Shown here in pieces: positions 11,445-25,709 of a DNA stretch of 64,000 bases. How positions within the stretch are numbered: the first letter of the stretch is position 1; every line of letters starts with the position of its first letter. Both the position numbers and the translations under genes were made by a program. The stretch comes from Callorhinchus milii (taxonomy: Eukaryota), in contig NW_024704743.1 in NCBI RefSeq assembly GCF_018977255.1, forward strand, positions 97,590,001 to 97,654,000, read 5' to 3'. Under the pieces are notes generated by a model. That model ran no database searches, was not told the origin of the DNA, and worked only from the letters and a program-made list of their open reading frames with translations.

Positions 11445-14400
11445 CAGAGTCACTGGTTGACCTCTATGTGTACAGTCACTTTAAAGACTCCACCTTTCTT
11501 GCTTCATACGAAGCATCCAAAGCTTATTGTTACAATGTGTTTCACTGATAAATTCTGCACGTGATGCATGGAAGTAGTGCTAGAAACTGTTAATACTGTT
11601 TTCAATATTCCAAAAACAATTTTTTTCATAAATAAATAAAACTGCAAAATTTTGCATGTTTTGTGCATGGTTTCCAAAATATCAACAAAGAAGCCAAATT
11701 TCCTCTGGTTTACTGTACAGCACTAATGTAATTTTAATCCCTACATTATCTGTGGGTTAGAATCTATGCAGAAAGTTACTAAATACAGTTCTTTTAACAA
11801 TGCTTTAACCTGTAAATGAATTCTTAAAGATACCATATCCCTTTGATTAGCCTAACAAGGTGGGATTTGGTAAAAGTTTTGTTACACATATGCTCTAAAG
11901 AGATCAATATGAGGCACTAGCCAACAATTTTTATGTCTTTAGCATTCTTATCCCTGGACGTGCAATTCTAAAGATAATTTGTCAAAATGAATTGAATACT
12001 GAATGCATCATCTAATTAAATGGTCTTCATGATTTATCTCTTTGACTACGCTTTTGGTCATCTTGCCCCTCCACACTAGTTTTGATTCCCACCCCCAGCT
12101 CGAGTGCCCAGTCAGCAGTGTCAAGCACTTTGAGACATCCTCCCTACATGAAAGACTCTGTATAAATCTAAGTTGTATTGCATTCATACATGTATAGAAA
12201 TCTTTCCCAACTCAGTGGCCCAAAATTTCACTTACCTATAAAGCTGTTTTGTCTTAACATTTTAGATCATGCCAAATTGTGGCAAGTTCAACATTATTTT
12301 GGGATCCTTTGTTATTTCAGTTCTTAAAAAGAGTCATTGACCAAATAAATTAAGACTGAATTTAAGAATTTTACACAGTTCTACGCAATTTATAATATTA
12401 ACACTAAATTATCCTACACACTAGGCGGGATATGTGACCTCCATGACATATACAAACTACCAACCATACAGTGAAGCAGGCACAGGAAAGAGGTTGACAG
12501 AGTACGGAAAGTAAGGATATCATCTCACCATTGGGCATATACCAATTCAATGTTGTATATAGTTTATCACTATGCCTATTTTGTCTAAATTCACTTTATT
12601 ATTTCATCCTAAATATGCTTTCAGAATGTTTTGCACCATGTTAAAGTCCACTTACATTGACAGATATCTTGAATGCCGGGCATAGATTTCTGTTGTTGTG
12701 TGATATGAAGCTTCTTGCATGGTGTTTTGGGTGAGGAGAGGACAGTTGAGACAGGCACCACTCCATTGCTGGAACACCAACAAGGTGGTATTTTATAAAC
12801 AAAAGTGTAGTCCATGTGCCTACTTTGAGGGTGTAGAATAGCATTGTTTTCAGGAGATATGTTTGCAAACACATTATGAAATTACTTATATTTCAATGCC
12901 AAATAGTATATTCTAGATCTTAAAAAGTGCTTGATATTTAGCAGGAGCACAGCTGGAAAGTGATCTACAGAGTACTGGCTGGTTTGCAAAGTAATAGAGA
13001 TGTCATAGCCTAATTCAGCGTTGTTAAGTTACATAAAGGATTTCACTTAATGGGGTCTAATGTGTGATATTCGTTAACTAGATTTGTGGTATTAATTATC
13101 GCTGCTGATTCGTGATTTTTGGGTTTGCAGTGAAAATCCTGAATCAGTAAATTTGATAAAAAGCCAGCAAGCAAAATGAACACTGTGTCCCATTGTTGTA
13201 TTTGCTCACTGGACTGCTTTAGACCTTGTCCACTAGGGAACCACAATTTGCTGGCTGCTCCAACACTAGAATAGCTGTCCTACACTTACCTCATTTATTC
13301 TATTCATCAATTTAAAGACCTGGATCATTTCATCCATCAATATGTTTTCTATTAAGAGCTTATTCAGCTCTACAAACCTATCTCGATAAACTATAGATCC
13401 AACTCCTGATATCAGCCTGACTTAGTTGGTAGTACTTTCATCTTTGTGAGTTCTGTCATATCGGGACATAGAACTATACATAACTATACATAACTATACA
13501 AGTATAGTCTATGCTCACACTCCAATGCAGTGCTGGGTGTATGCTGCATTGTTCGAGGTGTCGTCCTTCGGATGAGATGTTAACACAAGGTCCAGTCTGC
13601 CTGTTCAGGTGGATGTTAAAGATTCCATGGCACTATTTACAAAGAGAAGGGAGTTTCTCTCATTGTCCTGGGAAACAAACCCCCAGATAAAATCAATCGT
13701 TCACTTCATGGCTATTTGTGGGCTGTTGTTGTTCCTAAATTAGCTGCCGCATTTGCCTACTACATGTCATTGCATATTGCATATTGGCAGAGAACGTTGG
13801 AATAGTTTGTATCACACACAGAAATACAACAAAAGCAACTTGCATTTATATAGCGCCCTTCGCGAAGGGCAGGGTCTTGGAGCACTCTAATCGATGCCAC
13901 AAGGGTTGTATCAGACATGTTATATAATGCCATTAAAGAGTTCCAGTTGCACTTATTTGTTAAAACAGTTTATTACACAGTGGTGGCCCATCCACTTGTC
14001 ATAGCATAAAATCATCATATATTCATGTTGTGTATAGTTCAAACAAGTTTCTGAAAACTCATTGCATCCATCTCTCCTGAGATATGATAGCACATTTACT
14101 TGATTTGGTTTCAGTTCTTTTATAAATATACCACAACCTTGGTATCTTAGTTTTTCAAATATTAGAGCAACTTGCAGCTGCAACATATATCAAAGCTTTA
14201 CTAAAATATTCTCTAGTCGTCACCTTCCAACATTGTATAGCACTCATAATAATCCCATTCCATTAAGCAAATCCAGTATATTGTTTGGAAGAAGAGGGGA
14301 AAACCAAAATATTCTGAGAATGGAAATAGAATCATATTTGCATGAGATTGCATGCCTGTAGCATCTCTGGGAGGTATTCTGCTCCTGGGTCCCATGGAAG

Positions 14401-15165
14401 GAATGCATTGATTTGGGCTACTTACTATTCTGCCCTATTTGATAAATTTTGCCGATTTGTCCTTTTGCTCTTGTAAAGAAAGGAAATGGAATTTTATATT
14501 ATAAATCATATAGCATTATAAATGTAAATGGATACCATGGTTTTAAAATTGCATTACGTTTATTTAACAGGGCAGGTGGGTACATTTGCTAATTTTACTG
14601 AAGGAATCAGAACAGCTCTTTAGCCTACATCAATTATTACACTGCACGGAGTCTTTCCATGGGTTTTACCGTTATTTGTCTTGGTACATATACATCAAAG
14701 AAAAAGGGATATGGTTTCTTTGAGAAAATATATGAAGGATGAAAAGGCCTGCCATACCTTTTATAACAATTTGTTCTACTCTCTAACTGTGTTTTGTAAT
14801 AAAAGTTTGAAACTATAAAAGGTCAATATGCTGACACTGATAATAGCTGACAGGTATTTGTGCCTTGCCCAGGAGACATTTGTTCTTGATAATTACAAAT
14901 GGCTAAATTCCAGTTTGTTGTTTCAAACTGAAAGGAAACACGTGATTTTCTTACAAGTGGCCTTCAGTGCTATTTCTATGTTTTGTTAACTCTATTTTTA
15001 ACAGCGGATTTGAATTGTTCTTGTAATTTATATTATATCCTCGAATAGCCCAACCTTTTGGGAGACTTAAGGCAGTTCCTTTACAAATATGTATTATTTA
15101 GATCTTTACTTAAGCTTTGTTCTGCTTTGTTTTCCTTTACAATTGCACCAGTTTAAATAAACGCA
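11445..15165 (+). other. KCNQ3: Probable long KCNQ3 3' UTR with candidate poly(A) signals
   Basis: AATAAA hexamers at about 11631, 14798 and 15156 in AT-rich, mostly repeat-poor sequence. The true 3' end cannot be determined from sequence. Confidence 0.4.
13411..13765 (+). mobile_element. DeuSINE copy (inside the putative KCNQ3 3' UTR)
   Basis: Same Deu core; contains an internal (AACTATACAT)x3 expansion. Confidence 0.8.
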
Positions 15166-15357
15166 TATTAACAAACAATGTGTTCTGCTGCTGTAAAATA
15201 TCACCAAGTAATGTCTCTGCATCTTCATGATCCACTATAAATAATCAAACCCAAACAACTAGAAAGATGAAGGGTAATAAATGCAGTAGGTGGTGTGATA
15301 TTTATCAATCTGAGTTTGGTCAGACTACTGTGAAATGGTACTGTCCAAAATCTTTGG

Positions 15358-15890
15358 GTCCAACTTGGGTTAGTTGGTAGCACTCTTGACTCTGGATCAA
15401 AAGGTTGTGGTTTCAATTCTCATGTCAGGGATATCGAGTCATGGTCTAAGCTGACAGTCCAATGCAGTGATGGGGATGCTGTACAGTTTGAATTGCTATT
15501 CATCAGATAATAATAATAATCCTTGCATTTGATATAGTGCCTTATCACATCTTCGATATGTCTCGATGTGCTTCACAGAATATACTGTAAAGTGAATGGA
15601 CTGTATATTTTGTGAATGATGAGATGCTAAACCATGACTGTGTCTTCCTGTTCAGGTGGACGTTACAGATCCCATGACACTATTTGTAAACAGAAGGGAA
15701 TTTCTTCTGGTGACCTGGCCAACAATCCTTGAAATAAAATAAAACTTCATGGCTGTTCATGGAGCACAAATTGGCTGCTGTATTCGCCTATAAAATACAC
15801 ACTTTGCAGTAAATCCTGTGAAGTATCCTAAGACGTCCTTCCAAAGGGAAAGACACTATATAGAATGCAAGATTATTATTTGTTATTATT
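15358..15890 (+). mobile_element. DeuSINE copy interrupted by an antisense SINE tail (15508-15615)
   Basis: The Deu core resumes after the insert (gatgagatgctaaacc). Confidence 0.8.
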
Positions 15891-16244
15891 ATAACTTTTT
15901 ACCTTATTTGTTTTAATAGAATGAAGAGAAAGCTTTGTGCTATGCCGCTATAACTATTGGACTGCATGGCTGACTAGTGGATAGAGTGCAGGGGATCAGG
16001 CTGATATCCCAGCGAAAACACACTGTAATTGCTCTTATGGCTTCCATCCAATCGTAAATAAGAAGGCAGCCTTTTGTGAGTCCTCAATTTACACCAGATC
16101 AACAGTAATCAGCTACTTCATACAGTTAAGAACCATGTTGAATTACACTGCTGAGTGGAAGGGACATATGGACTGATGTCCTTTGAGTGACATTAGCTTA
16201 GAAAAAATGGAACTGTTTTCAACAACCTGAGAGAGCCAGACTTG

Positions 16245-16740
16245 CAGCAACAACTTCCATTTATAGAGCACCCTTCACGCGGAGTAGTTTTACTGGAGCG
16301 TTTGACAGTGATGGAATCTGACCCTGAGCCAGGGGGGAGAGGGAGGGGGGAGGTGACCATAAGCATGATCAAAAAGGAAGGTTTTTAGGCTGGATTTGAA
16401 AGTGGGGAGGGAGGGCCAGGCTGAGGGATTGCAGGAAGGAGTTCCAGAGCTTTGAGGCATAGTGGCTGAAAGCACAGCCACCGATGGTGAAGCGGAGGGG
16501 CGAGAGATGAACAGGAGGCCGGAGCCGGCCGAGCAGAGGCAGCGGGTTGTGCAGGGGGGAATATGCAAATCAGATGGGTAGGGAGGTGTGAGGGCATGAA
16601 AAGATTTGACAATGAGTGAAAGGATCTTGAAGTCAATCCATTCAGTAAGTAATCGGGAGCCAGTGGACCCTGGGAAGGACTGGTGTGATGGGGGTACGGA
16701 GTTTTGTCTGACTTAGTATCCGGGCGGCGGAGTTCTGAAT
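16245..16740 (-). mobile_element. L2 LINE 3' fragment
   Basis: FKSSLKTFLFDHAY C-terminus plus L2 tail on the minus strand. Confidence 0.85.
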
Positions 16741-19019
16741 TAATTGTATTTTGTGTATTCACTACCACACACTTTGCCATGTCACTGGATATCAACAATA
16801 AATTATTTTCATTTCTGTCCATTCTTTGGAATGAATCTCAGATTGGTCAAACCTAGACCTTTCAAAATGTTACACACAAGAGTTTTAGATTTTGCATTCT
16901 CTCAACTCACCTAACCTGCTGAATATGGCAACATTAATATTTTTCTACAAGTTTGTTGTATCACTTTCTATTTTGGAACCTGCGGTTCAAGGGATTATGT
17001 TTAAAACCATGGATTTAATGAGCAGTGCATTTACAACAGCAACTATACAGTGCCCTTCCCAGGATAACATCTTGGAGCACTTAGGTCTTAAGGTTGGATT
17101 TAAAGATAGATAAAGAGGTAGTGAGTTGGAGGGATTGAGGCAGGGAATTCCAGGGATTAGGGGTGTAGTGGCTGAATGCATTTATTTAAGTTGGTAGCAG
17201 TTAAATATTAGGTTTCACTTTTTTATATTTAATTTCCAGATCCTAAATTTCAACATTAATTCGACTCTGAATTTGATAGAATATAACAGCAAAGAATCAA
17301 TCCATTCAGCTCATTAAATATGCACTGGTGTTTCTCTCCTTATGAGCCACTTAGTCTAATGCACTCTGCTGCTCGCTCCCATTTCACTTGTGCCCAAATG
17401 ATTTATCATCTTACGTGTTAACGATTAGACTTTTTATGAACCAAGGTAACCAGTGTATGTTCAATGAGCCACCATGAGTCCAGGGAAGTGCAATCCCTTC
17501 TTAGGTGGCAGTATTGTGCAACCCAGATTCTTCGTAAGTTGACCATTTCAGAATCTGAAACACTCTGTTAATTGGCTAACCCTTACTTAGTGAGTCAGAA
17601 TGACACTTTGGCCTGTTGGAAAAGTTATGGCAGCCTCAGTTCCTAGAATGAGCCTGAGCACATTTATGTAGATGTCAGCTTTGGACAGGATCAGATTAAT
17701 CTGCAATGGGTTTTGAATAGCTGTCAATGTTCATTCATAAATAATGGTCAATTGAGTGACATATTGGAGAACCATAATAATAATAATCCTTACATTTGAT
17801 AAAGTGGCTTTCACACTGGGAGGATTTCTCAAAAGCGATTCCCAGGATACACTGCTAATTGCAGTCACTGTGTATTTATGGTGGAACATGGCTGCTAACC
17901 ATATGCTCATTTGGAGCCACCTTGCTTCAGTGAAAAGATGTTTTTTTCCCTTGGAAATCCCTACTCATAGAATCAAAGAATTATACAGCACAAAAGAGGC
18001 CATTTGGCCCATCGTGTCTGTGCTGGCTCTTTGAAAAGGGCTATCCAATTCAATCCCACTCCCCCGGGCTCTCCCCGTAGCCCTGCAAACTTGTCCTGAA
18101 TTTGTCATTCAGAGTCACAAGACTTTAGCTCTGACAAATTTGTGAGTGTAAGACAAATTCTCACGACTGTTTAGGCTGTGGGTGCTTTATCAGATATTAC
18201 GCTGCTTGCATTAAAAGGCTTCATTTCGGTTTTTTTGGCTACTTAAAGAAATTTCTGACATATGTTTTGAATTACAACTTTAATTGTCATCAATGGTAAT
18301 TTACCAAGTGAGATTTTGGACAATTAAATCAGCTCAGCTGCAACAGTGAAATGGCAATCACATATATCCAAATGTGATTTGCTCTAGAATTGGTACAGAG
18401 AACTGATTAAAGCCCAACTGTTTCAGGAAACAAAGACTTCTGACTCACATTAATGCCATTTTAAAGTATTAGCTGCATTAATCTAATTAAGTATTATTCA
18501 TAAGAAGTGCTGTAGGTTTGACTTTTATTGTGCAAAAAAAATGTCATGCCATATTGAGCACTTCCTTCTCTCCCTCTAGTATTGTAGAATGTGTGTCATG
18601 TTAATAATTCAGGAAAGATTGTAATGAGTATTCCAGCTTGTTATTTACTGAATTGGGGATGTCAGGCTAATTAGAGCCTCAATCTCATACCGTAACACAA
18701 TACAATTTACATCAGGAGGACGTCTCAAAGCACTTAGAAAGCACTAAGAAAGTAGTGGTTTAATCAATTTCATTCTCAATCCAACTCATTTAACTTCCTG
18801 AGAGGTAAACAACCATAGGTAAAACTTGAAGATAAATGAATCTCACCCCCAGTTACAAAGTTTAATCAAACATTTGCAGAACATTAATCCATCCTTTCAC
18901 TCTTCAGTACACAACCATTTGCATTCCCTAGATGGCTAACTGATTTATATATTTTACTGATTTATGTCTTACTGGTTTGTATATTCAGTTATTCATTATC
19001 CTCCAGTCCAAAGGACCAT

Positions 19020-19400
19020 AATAAACTTGCATTTGTTGTAACATTTATCATTTTTGAAACGTCCCAAAGTATTTCATGAGTACAATCAAGGGTAGCGACT
19101 GTGAACATGGCAATCAATTTGGACACAGCAATGTCCCACAAACAGCCATGAAGTAAATGATTGTTTTTTTTTAGAAGAATTGTTGTTCAGGACACCAGAA
19201 GAAACTGCCTTCTTTTTTCAAATCGTGTTGTGACATTCTTAACATTTCCCTGGTCAGGCATTGGTATAACATACCACCCAATGGTGATGACTCCGACGAA
19301 GGGTGTTAACCTAGACTATGAGTTCAAGTCCTAATGTAGGATTTGAATCCACAAACTTCTGACCCAGAAACGAAAGTACCGTCAACTGAGCTAAGCTGAC
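19020..19400 (-). mobile_element. DeuSINE copy
   Basis: Reverse-complement head (actgagctaagctgac) and core. Confidence 0.75.
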
Positions 19401-22400
19401 AATAGTACAGCCAAAAAACACTTAGGCTCATTTATTTTATCAAACGTGAGAAGAATTCATTACTGTGACTGACTGGCTCCTCCACTTTTTTTCAAATAAC
19501 ATGTTTATATGTCATCCAATTTGCTCTCATCAGGAATTCGGTGACACAGAACTGAATGAGGGCAGCTCTAACCTACGGATAACGCTACTTCACATTAAAC
19601 TTATGGTGTTAACAGTAACCAGGAGCTGCTTATGCTGCTGGTACCGACTGATGAAAAGGCCACACACTGGGGCTGAGTTAGTAAATAAGGATGAAAAATG
19701 CTGCTACATTGCAATAGAATTTTCCAACTAATCATACGAACATTGTATGTCAAATTCCAGTGTGAGCAACTGAAAGAGGTAAAAGGTTTGGACAGAAAAG
19801 GGTGAATTGTTTTTTGTTTGTGGAAATGTTCACACAGCAAATTTCCTCCACATGAATGGCAATCAGAGAAGCCATAATGTAATGGCAAAAGAGTGGCCCA
19901 AAGGAAGCAAGCTGCAGAAACAACCACAATACTGTACAAGTTACATTTACGGATTGGGAGATAAATTAGACTGGGAGGGATACAGCTGTTTACATAATAT
20001 GGTCTGGTTGGTGGTAAAATTATACAAAGGGCCTATGACAATATTTGCCAAGAAGTGCCTTTTAGTGCGGAGCAAGTTACACAGCTGACTGTGCACCTGA
20101 GCTGGTGCAGGGTCAGGGGGTAAAGGGGGAATGGTGACCAAAAGCTCAATCGAAAAGCTAGATCTTAAAGTAGGCTTAAAGGTAATGTGGCAGAGAGGTG
20201 GTGGAGGGGGTGGGAGAGAATGGCTGAAAGCTCGTCCGCTGATGGTAACCCAATTTGGGTAAGGGGTACATGAAGCAAATTGATGTTAGCTGAGTGGAGG
20301 GAGTGGCTGCAGAAATAAGGTTGCAGGAGATCACTTTTGCCACTTGTAGCGAAACTTGAATCCTGATATTTATTTTAACTCCCTACATCTTAAATTTCTC
20401 CCCAAATTCCCCAATTCCCTTATTTTATTTATATCATGGTGGTAGAGTGGAATATGGAATTTCATCTGTCACATCCCAAAGGATTTAAAACATACAATAA
20501 GTATATTTTTCCAGAATTATTTATCATTCAAATTGATAATAGAGTCAATGATTAAAGCCAGGAGTCATTCTGATTTAAACTCACTCAGACTGGACATGTG
20601 TCTCCAAGGCAGGTTGATTTCATTGCATGCCAAAAGTACTTTACCTCATTCATGGGCGATCTAATTTCAAATAACTGAATGCCGTGCTGGGATTAACCTG
20701 TAAATTCAGAAAGGAGTTCTGATCAGTGGGCATCAAGGGCTCAAATTCATCTTCACCTGCCTCTCAAAAAGACTTCATAAAAGTCATCTGTTAGATTATC
20801 TTTGCTGATAATGCTTTCTGATTAACATTGTGAAATTAAATCGCCTGCAGCATAAATCAGAGGTAAGCTCTACTCAATGGAGAATCCTGTGCTTTTCTTT
20901 CTTGACAATTTAATTTAAATGGCATGCCAGATTTATTTTCAAGATTTCTGAATTGAAAGTTACAAATTGTGATGCCAATGTATTAATTGTCTTGTACTAC
21001 TTTGGAGAACTAAGTGTGAAATCCTTTAACGTGCTCTGCCTGTGATCTGACCAGATCTAATGATAAAGTAAAGCTACTTAAAGGACCAGAGTCTTCATGT
21101 CACAGTGTTAAAATAACAAATGTGTTATTGTCTGCGAAGGAGACCTGTGTGCTATTTTCGCTGTGATGGTGGCATGCGCTTCCATTTATCTTGTCACTTT
21201 GTATGTTTATAACCAAAAAATATTGCCAAACATTTTTTTCATAAAGATAATAAATCATAATAGTAATAATTCTTGCATTTGAATAGCATCGTATCACATC
21301 TTTGAGACATCTCAAAGCGCTTCACAGAATATACTGTAAAGTGAATTGACTGTGTATTTTGTGGGTGAAAGATGGTGCTTCTTGAACACACCACAGCAAT
21401 GCTCTGTTGTTTGTTTCTTTGCTTTGGTGAAACACCATCACAGGAGAGGTAAAATCAATCCAAATATCTAAAGGGGGAACGGCTGACCTGCTCTCATTTC
21501 ACCTAATCCATTTGGAATCCTCTGAACTGTGCAATAAAAGGTTTAAAATTCAGTAGCTGTTGATCCAAATACGCGCACATTAATAGAAGGAAATCTGCTG
21601 TTGACAGTGGAATGCTAATGGAAGATTATCAAAGAGGAACAAAGAAATACCTTCAGAAATTCTTACTAAAAAAAGCTCCTTTGAAAAAGAACATTTGTGA
21701 ATAATATCTTAGGCATCTGTTAGTAAGCATTCTTTAAGGATTAAAATATTATGTTTTGCTCAAGTCTTTCTGCAATACATCTACATCAACCATGTTTCTT
21801 TGTGAAATCCATTGTAATCTTACCCACCTATGTAGGCAACGAGCTCCTTCGATTATCCATATCAAATGTAATATACAGGGTCCTGATTTTATATGATAGA
21901 GAGTATGTGTCTCTGTGTAATGTTCTGTTACTGTACCATTTACATGGTGGGGTGCAGGGGTGAGGTGGGGTAAGAAACAGGAGTGATCGCTGTGAAATAA
22001 ACAGTTACTGAATCTGTCTTGAAGTGAATATGTATCATTGTGAAATGTATAGACCCTTTATACAGTTAGTGAGTGGCTATTACTGTGAAATTTAAAGGCC
22101 CATAATATGGACAGTGAGTGTTTGTTGCTGTGAAATATACTGTAACTGAACCAGTTTATATGGATATAATGAGTGTATATGCCTGGGAATACTTATACGT
22201 TTCTCATGTACCTGGGCAAATGTTCTTTTAAAGGAAATACTTTATATAACTGTGATTTGTGATAAGATAACATTTATTGGGGTAGTCATGAACATCCAAC
22301 TGAATGTACAACCACAACATATACAGTCAAATCACATTACAGTATATCCTGTGAAACATTGTGAGAATTCACAAAGATGTGATAAGGCGCTTTATCAAAT

Positions 22401-23164
22401 GCAAGGATTATTATTATTATTAAAACAGCCTTAAGTTTAATGCTCCATTTATGTGCAAAATGCAGAATGTGATGTAATTATTACAATATGGGGCATTCCA
22501 CTCCAGGGGTTATTGTTGTCCTAGCCAGAACACCTTTCATGCTTTGTTCAAATGCTTTCACTAAAAAGCTGCTTGTTGCAGCTATGAACCAATTATTGGG
22601 GTATTTCAGCGCTGCTCAACAAATACCAGTTTAACTTGACTTTTCATCCTATAGTTACATAATAGCTTCAAGCAGAAGAATTTCTGTAATATGCTGAACT
22701 CCCAGTGATGTGAAATTATCCTCTTCACACTGTGGGATGGATTCCACAGCATCAGTAGCTACAGGTAACAAATGGGCACAGGCAGAGAATTTTCAATATC
22801 CTAATCGTAGCTTTACTTTCTGCCCATGAGATCTCTCCCAATGAGTACAGTCTAGTGACCGTGACCTGGCACTACTGTCCTATAGTCAGGAACAAGGTTA
22901 GTCTGTGACTCCAGTGGGCATGCAGCAATATCAATGACAAGCTTTGCATTTAAGCTGGTTATTCTCCATCCATACTCCAATGCACACTCTGTGGAGTCCC
23001 CAAACCTTGGCTCTTGCCAACCTGTGCCTAATACTTTCCTGAATTAGGTAACCAGGATGTGTGCCTCCAGGGAGAGGGTGTGTGTTCCATTCCAACAATG
23101 TATCTCTGGGATTTCCATGTGTAGGTTGGATGTATGAAATTCTCAGCTTGGTTTGAATACTCTT

Positions 23165-24837
23165 AACCTCCATGAAACCTTACTCATCACCTTCATGAAA
23201 CCCACCACCTACTGCCTCGAACCCCTCCCCACCAACTTACTGGTCACCCAGCTCCCCCTCCTCTATCCACTACTGGCTGACATCATCAACCAATCCCTCT
23301 CCTCCGGATCAGTCCCTGCCTCCCTCAAAACTGCTGTCATCACCCCCCTCCTGAGAAAACCCACCCTAGATCCCTCAAACCCCACCCACTGCCACCCTAT
23401 TTCTAACCTGCCCTTCCTCTGAAAAGTTCTAGAACGCGTCGTTGCCAATCAACTCCGCGCACACCTCTCCTCCCAATCCCTCTTCGAACCCCTCCAGTCC
23501 GGTTTCCGCCCTGCCCACAGTACAGAGACTGCGCTTGTGAAAATCACAAACAACATCCTCTCCATCTGTGACCAGAGCTCCCTCTGCCTCCTCGTCCTCC
23601 TGGACCTCTCCACTGCGTTCGACACAGTCGATCACGCCATCCTCCTCCACCGCCTTTCCTCCGTCATCCACCTCATGGGACCGCACTCGCCTGGTTCGAG
23701 TCCTACCTCACAAACCGCCAGCAGTACATCTGCACAAATGACTTCTCCTCCCGCTCTCACCCGGTTACCTGCGGGGTACCCCAAGGATCCATCCTTGGCC
23801 CCCTCCTCTTTCTGATCTACATGCTCCCTCTTGGGGATGTCATCCGCAGACATGGGGTACACTTCCACATGTATGTGGACAACACCCAACTCTATTTTGC
23901 CACCTCTCTTTGCGACCCCCAGTCCCCTGATATTCTGTCAGCCTGCCTGTCAGACCTCAGGGGCTGGATGAGCACAAACTTCCTTCAGCTGAACGTTGAC
24001 AAGACGGAAGCCATACTCTTTGACTCTCGTCAAAGTCTAAAATCTCATGGCTCTCACCTCCTCCACCTCCCCCTAAAACTCTCCAAACCCATACACAACC
24101 TAAGCGTCAGGTTTGACCCCCAATTATCCTTCCTCCCCCACATCCGGTCCCTCATCAGCACCGCCTTCTACCACCTCCGACGCATCGCCCATCTCCACCA
24201 ATACCTTTCCCCAAAAAACGCTGAAACTCTGGTCCATGCCTTTGTCACCTCTCGGCTGGACTACTCCAACACCCTCCTCGCCGGTCTCCCATCCACTACC
24301 ATCCATAATAATAATAATATAATATTATCCATAAAATCCAAATCATTCAAAACTCTGCCGCCCACATTCTCACCCGCACAAAACTCTGCTCCCTGATCAC
24401 CCCAGTCCTTGCCAGACTGCATTGGCTGCCTATCCCAGAGAGGATCGATTTCAAGATCCTCACCCTTGTATTCAAGTCCCTGCACTCCTCTGCAACCCCT
24501 ACTTCTCTGACCTCTCTCTCCTCAAAACAGTACCCATTGCTTTTGTTCCTCCAGGTCTGGCCTCCTCCTCGTCTCCTGAGTCCTCCGCTCCACCCTCGGC
24601 GGCCGTGCCTTCAGCCACTATGCCCCGAGGCTCTGGAACTGCCTTCTGCACTCCCTTCGTCTCGCTCCCTCCCTTCCCATTTTTAGGTCTCTGCTGAAGA
24701 CCTTTCTTTTCAACCGCGCCTTTGGTCACCTTCCTCCCCCTGGCTCAGTCCTGGGATCCGTTACTGTGAAGCGCTCTGAGACGCCGTCCGGCATGGAGGG
24801 TGCTATATAAATCCAAGTTGTTGTTGTAGTTGTTGTT
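23165..24837 (+). mobile_element. L2 LINE, 5'-truncated, degraded RT
   Basis: PISNLPFL, LLDLSTAFDTVDH, MYVDNTQLY, TSRLDYSNTLL, HWLP. Tail ends tataaatccaagttgttgttg. Confidence 0.94.
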
Positions 24838-25395
24838 AAGCATGGTGATGGGTTTCTGCATGTGGCAACAACAACAACAACAAGATTCCATTTATTGAGC
24901 GCCTTTCACGCAGACACCAGACTAACCCAAAACAAAGCTACCTGACAACCAGTAGGTACTGTTGCCTCTGGAGGCATTGAGGAGACCACTTTAATAGGTC
25001 TCAGCACCTCTGGAGGCAGTCATTTCTGCCTCATTGACCTTACACTGAAGTCAGGCCTAATGCAACAGCAGTTGCAGTGGACCATTAAATAGCTTGATAT
25101 ATGCAAATGAGAAGTACTCATTCGTCATTGCAGCTTTTCAGGAGGTTTAATTAACTGTCACTAATGCTATGAAGGTCTAGTGCATCAATTTGCCTGTACC
25201 TGATGGCACTCTTAGCATTGAGCTTAAAGCTTGTGAAATTTACATATTTTCCCATGTAAATACAACATTACACATTTTGAATGGAGCATGCATTGAACTG
25301 TGATTAAATATTTTCAGTAAAAAATGACCATTTAAGTGGTGCTCTGCTCTTTTCTTTTTAAAGGAAAATTACATTATCAGAGTGAGGAATACAAA

Positions 25396-25474
25396 ATGCA
25401 GGAGTTCAGAAGTCTACCCCTGTGTGTTAGACTGTGCGTGGGATTGATTGGACTTGTACTGTTTATTAATATAG
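25396..25474 (+). CDS. HHLA1: HHLA1 first coding exon (signal peptide)
   Basis: Encodes MQEFRSLPLCVRLCVGLIGLVLFINI(G), cf. human MLGFLSRGPSMKLCMGLACVLSLWNTV. Upstream acceptor tttttaaag at 25363; donor G|gtatgt, phase 1. Confidence 0.72.
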
Positions 25475-25685
25475 GTATGTGCATATCTATCTTCTTTATC
25501 GCTGCTAAATAAGATTGGCAGAAGAGAAGGTCATTCTAAATTAATTCTTATCACCAGAGGAAAAGTGCTTGTGACAGATCTCTCTTAATGGTTGCTAATC
25601 TAGCAATAAATGCAAAATAAATACTAAAAAAAGACTGTAATGGTCCAACAAGACAATGGCCAATGTTCATTTATTGATGTTACAG

Positions 25686-25709
25686 AGGGACTCTCACCGT
25701 GTTGCTACA
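25686..25709 (+). CDS. HHLA1: Candidate HHLA1 24-nt micro-exon (EGLSPCCY)
   Basis: ttacag|...taca|gtaagt, phase 1-1, open in frame. No homology support. Confidence 0.35.

Noticed and set aside
19465..20088. ORFs between KCNQ3 and HHLA1 as an extra gene
   Set aside because: No recognisable domain and no consistent splice chain.
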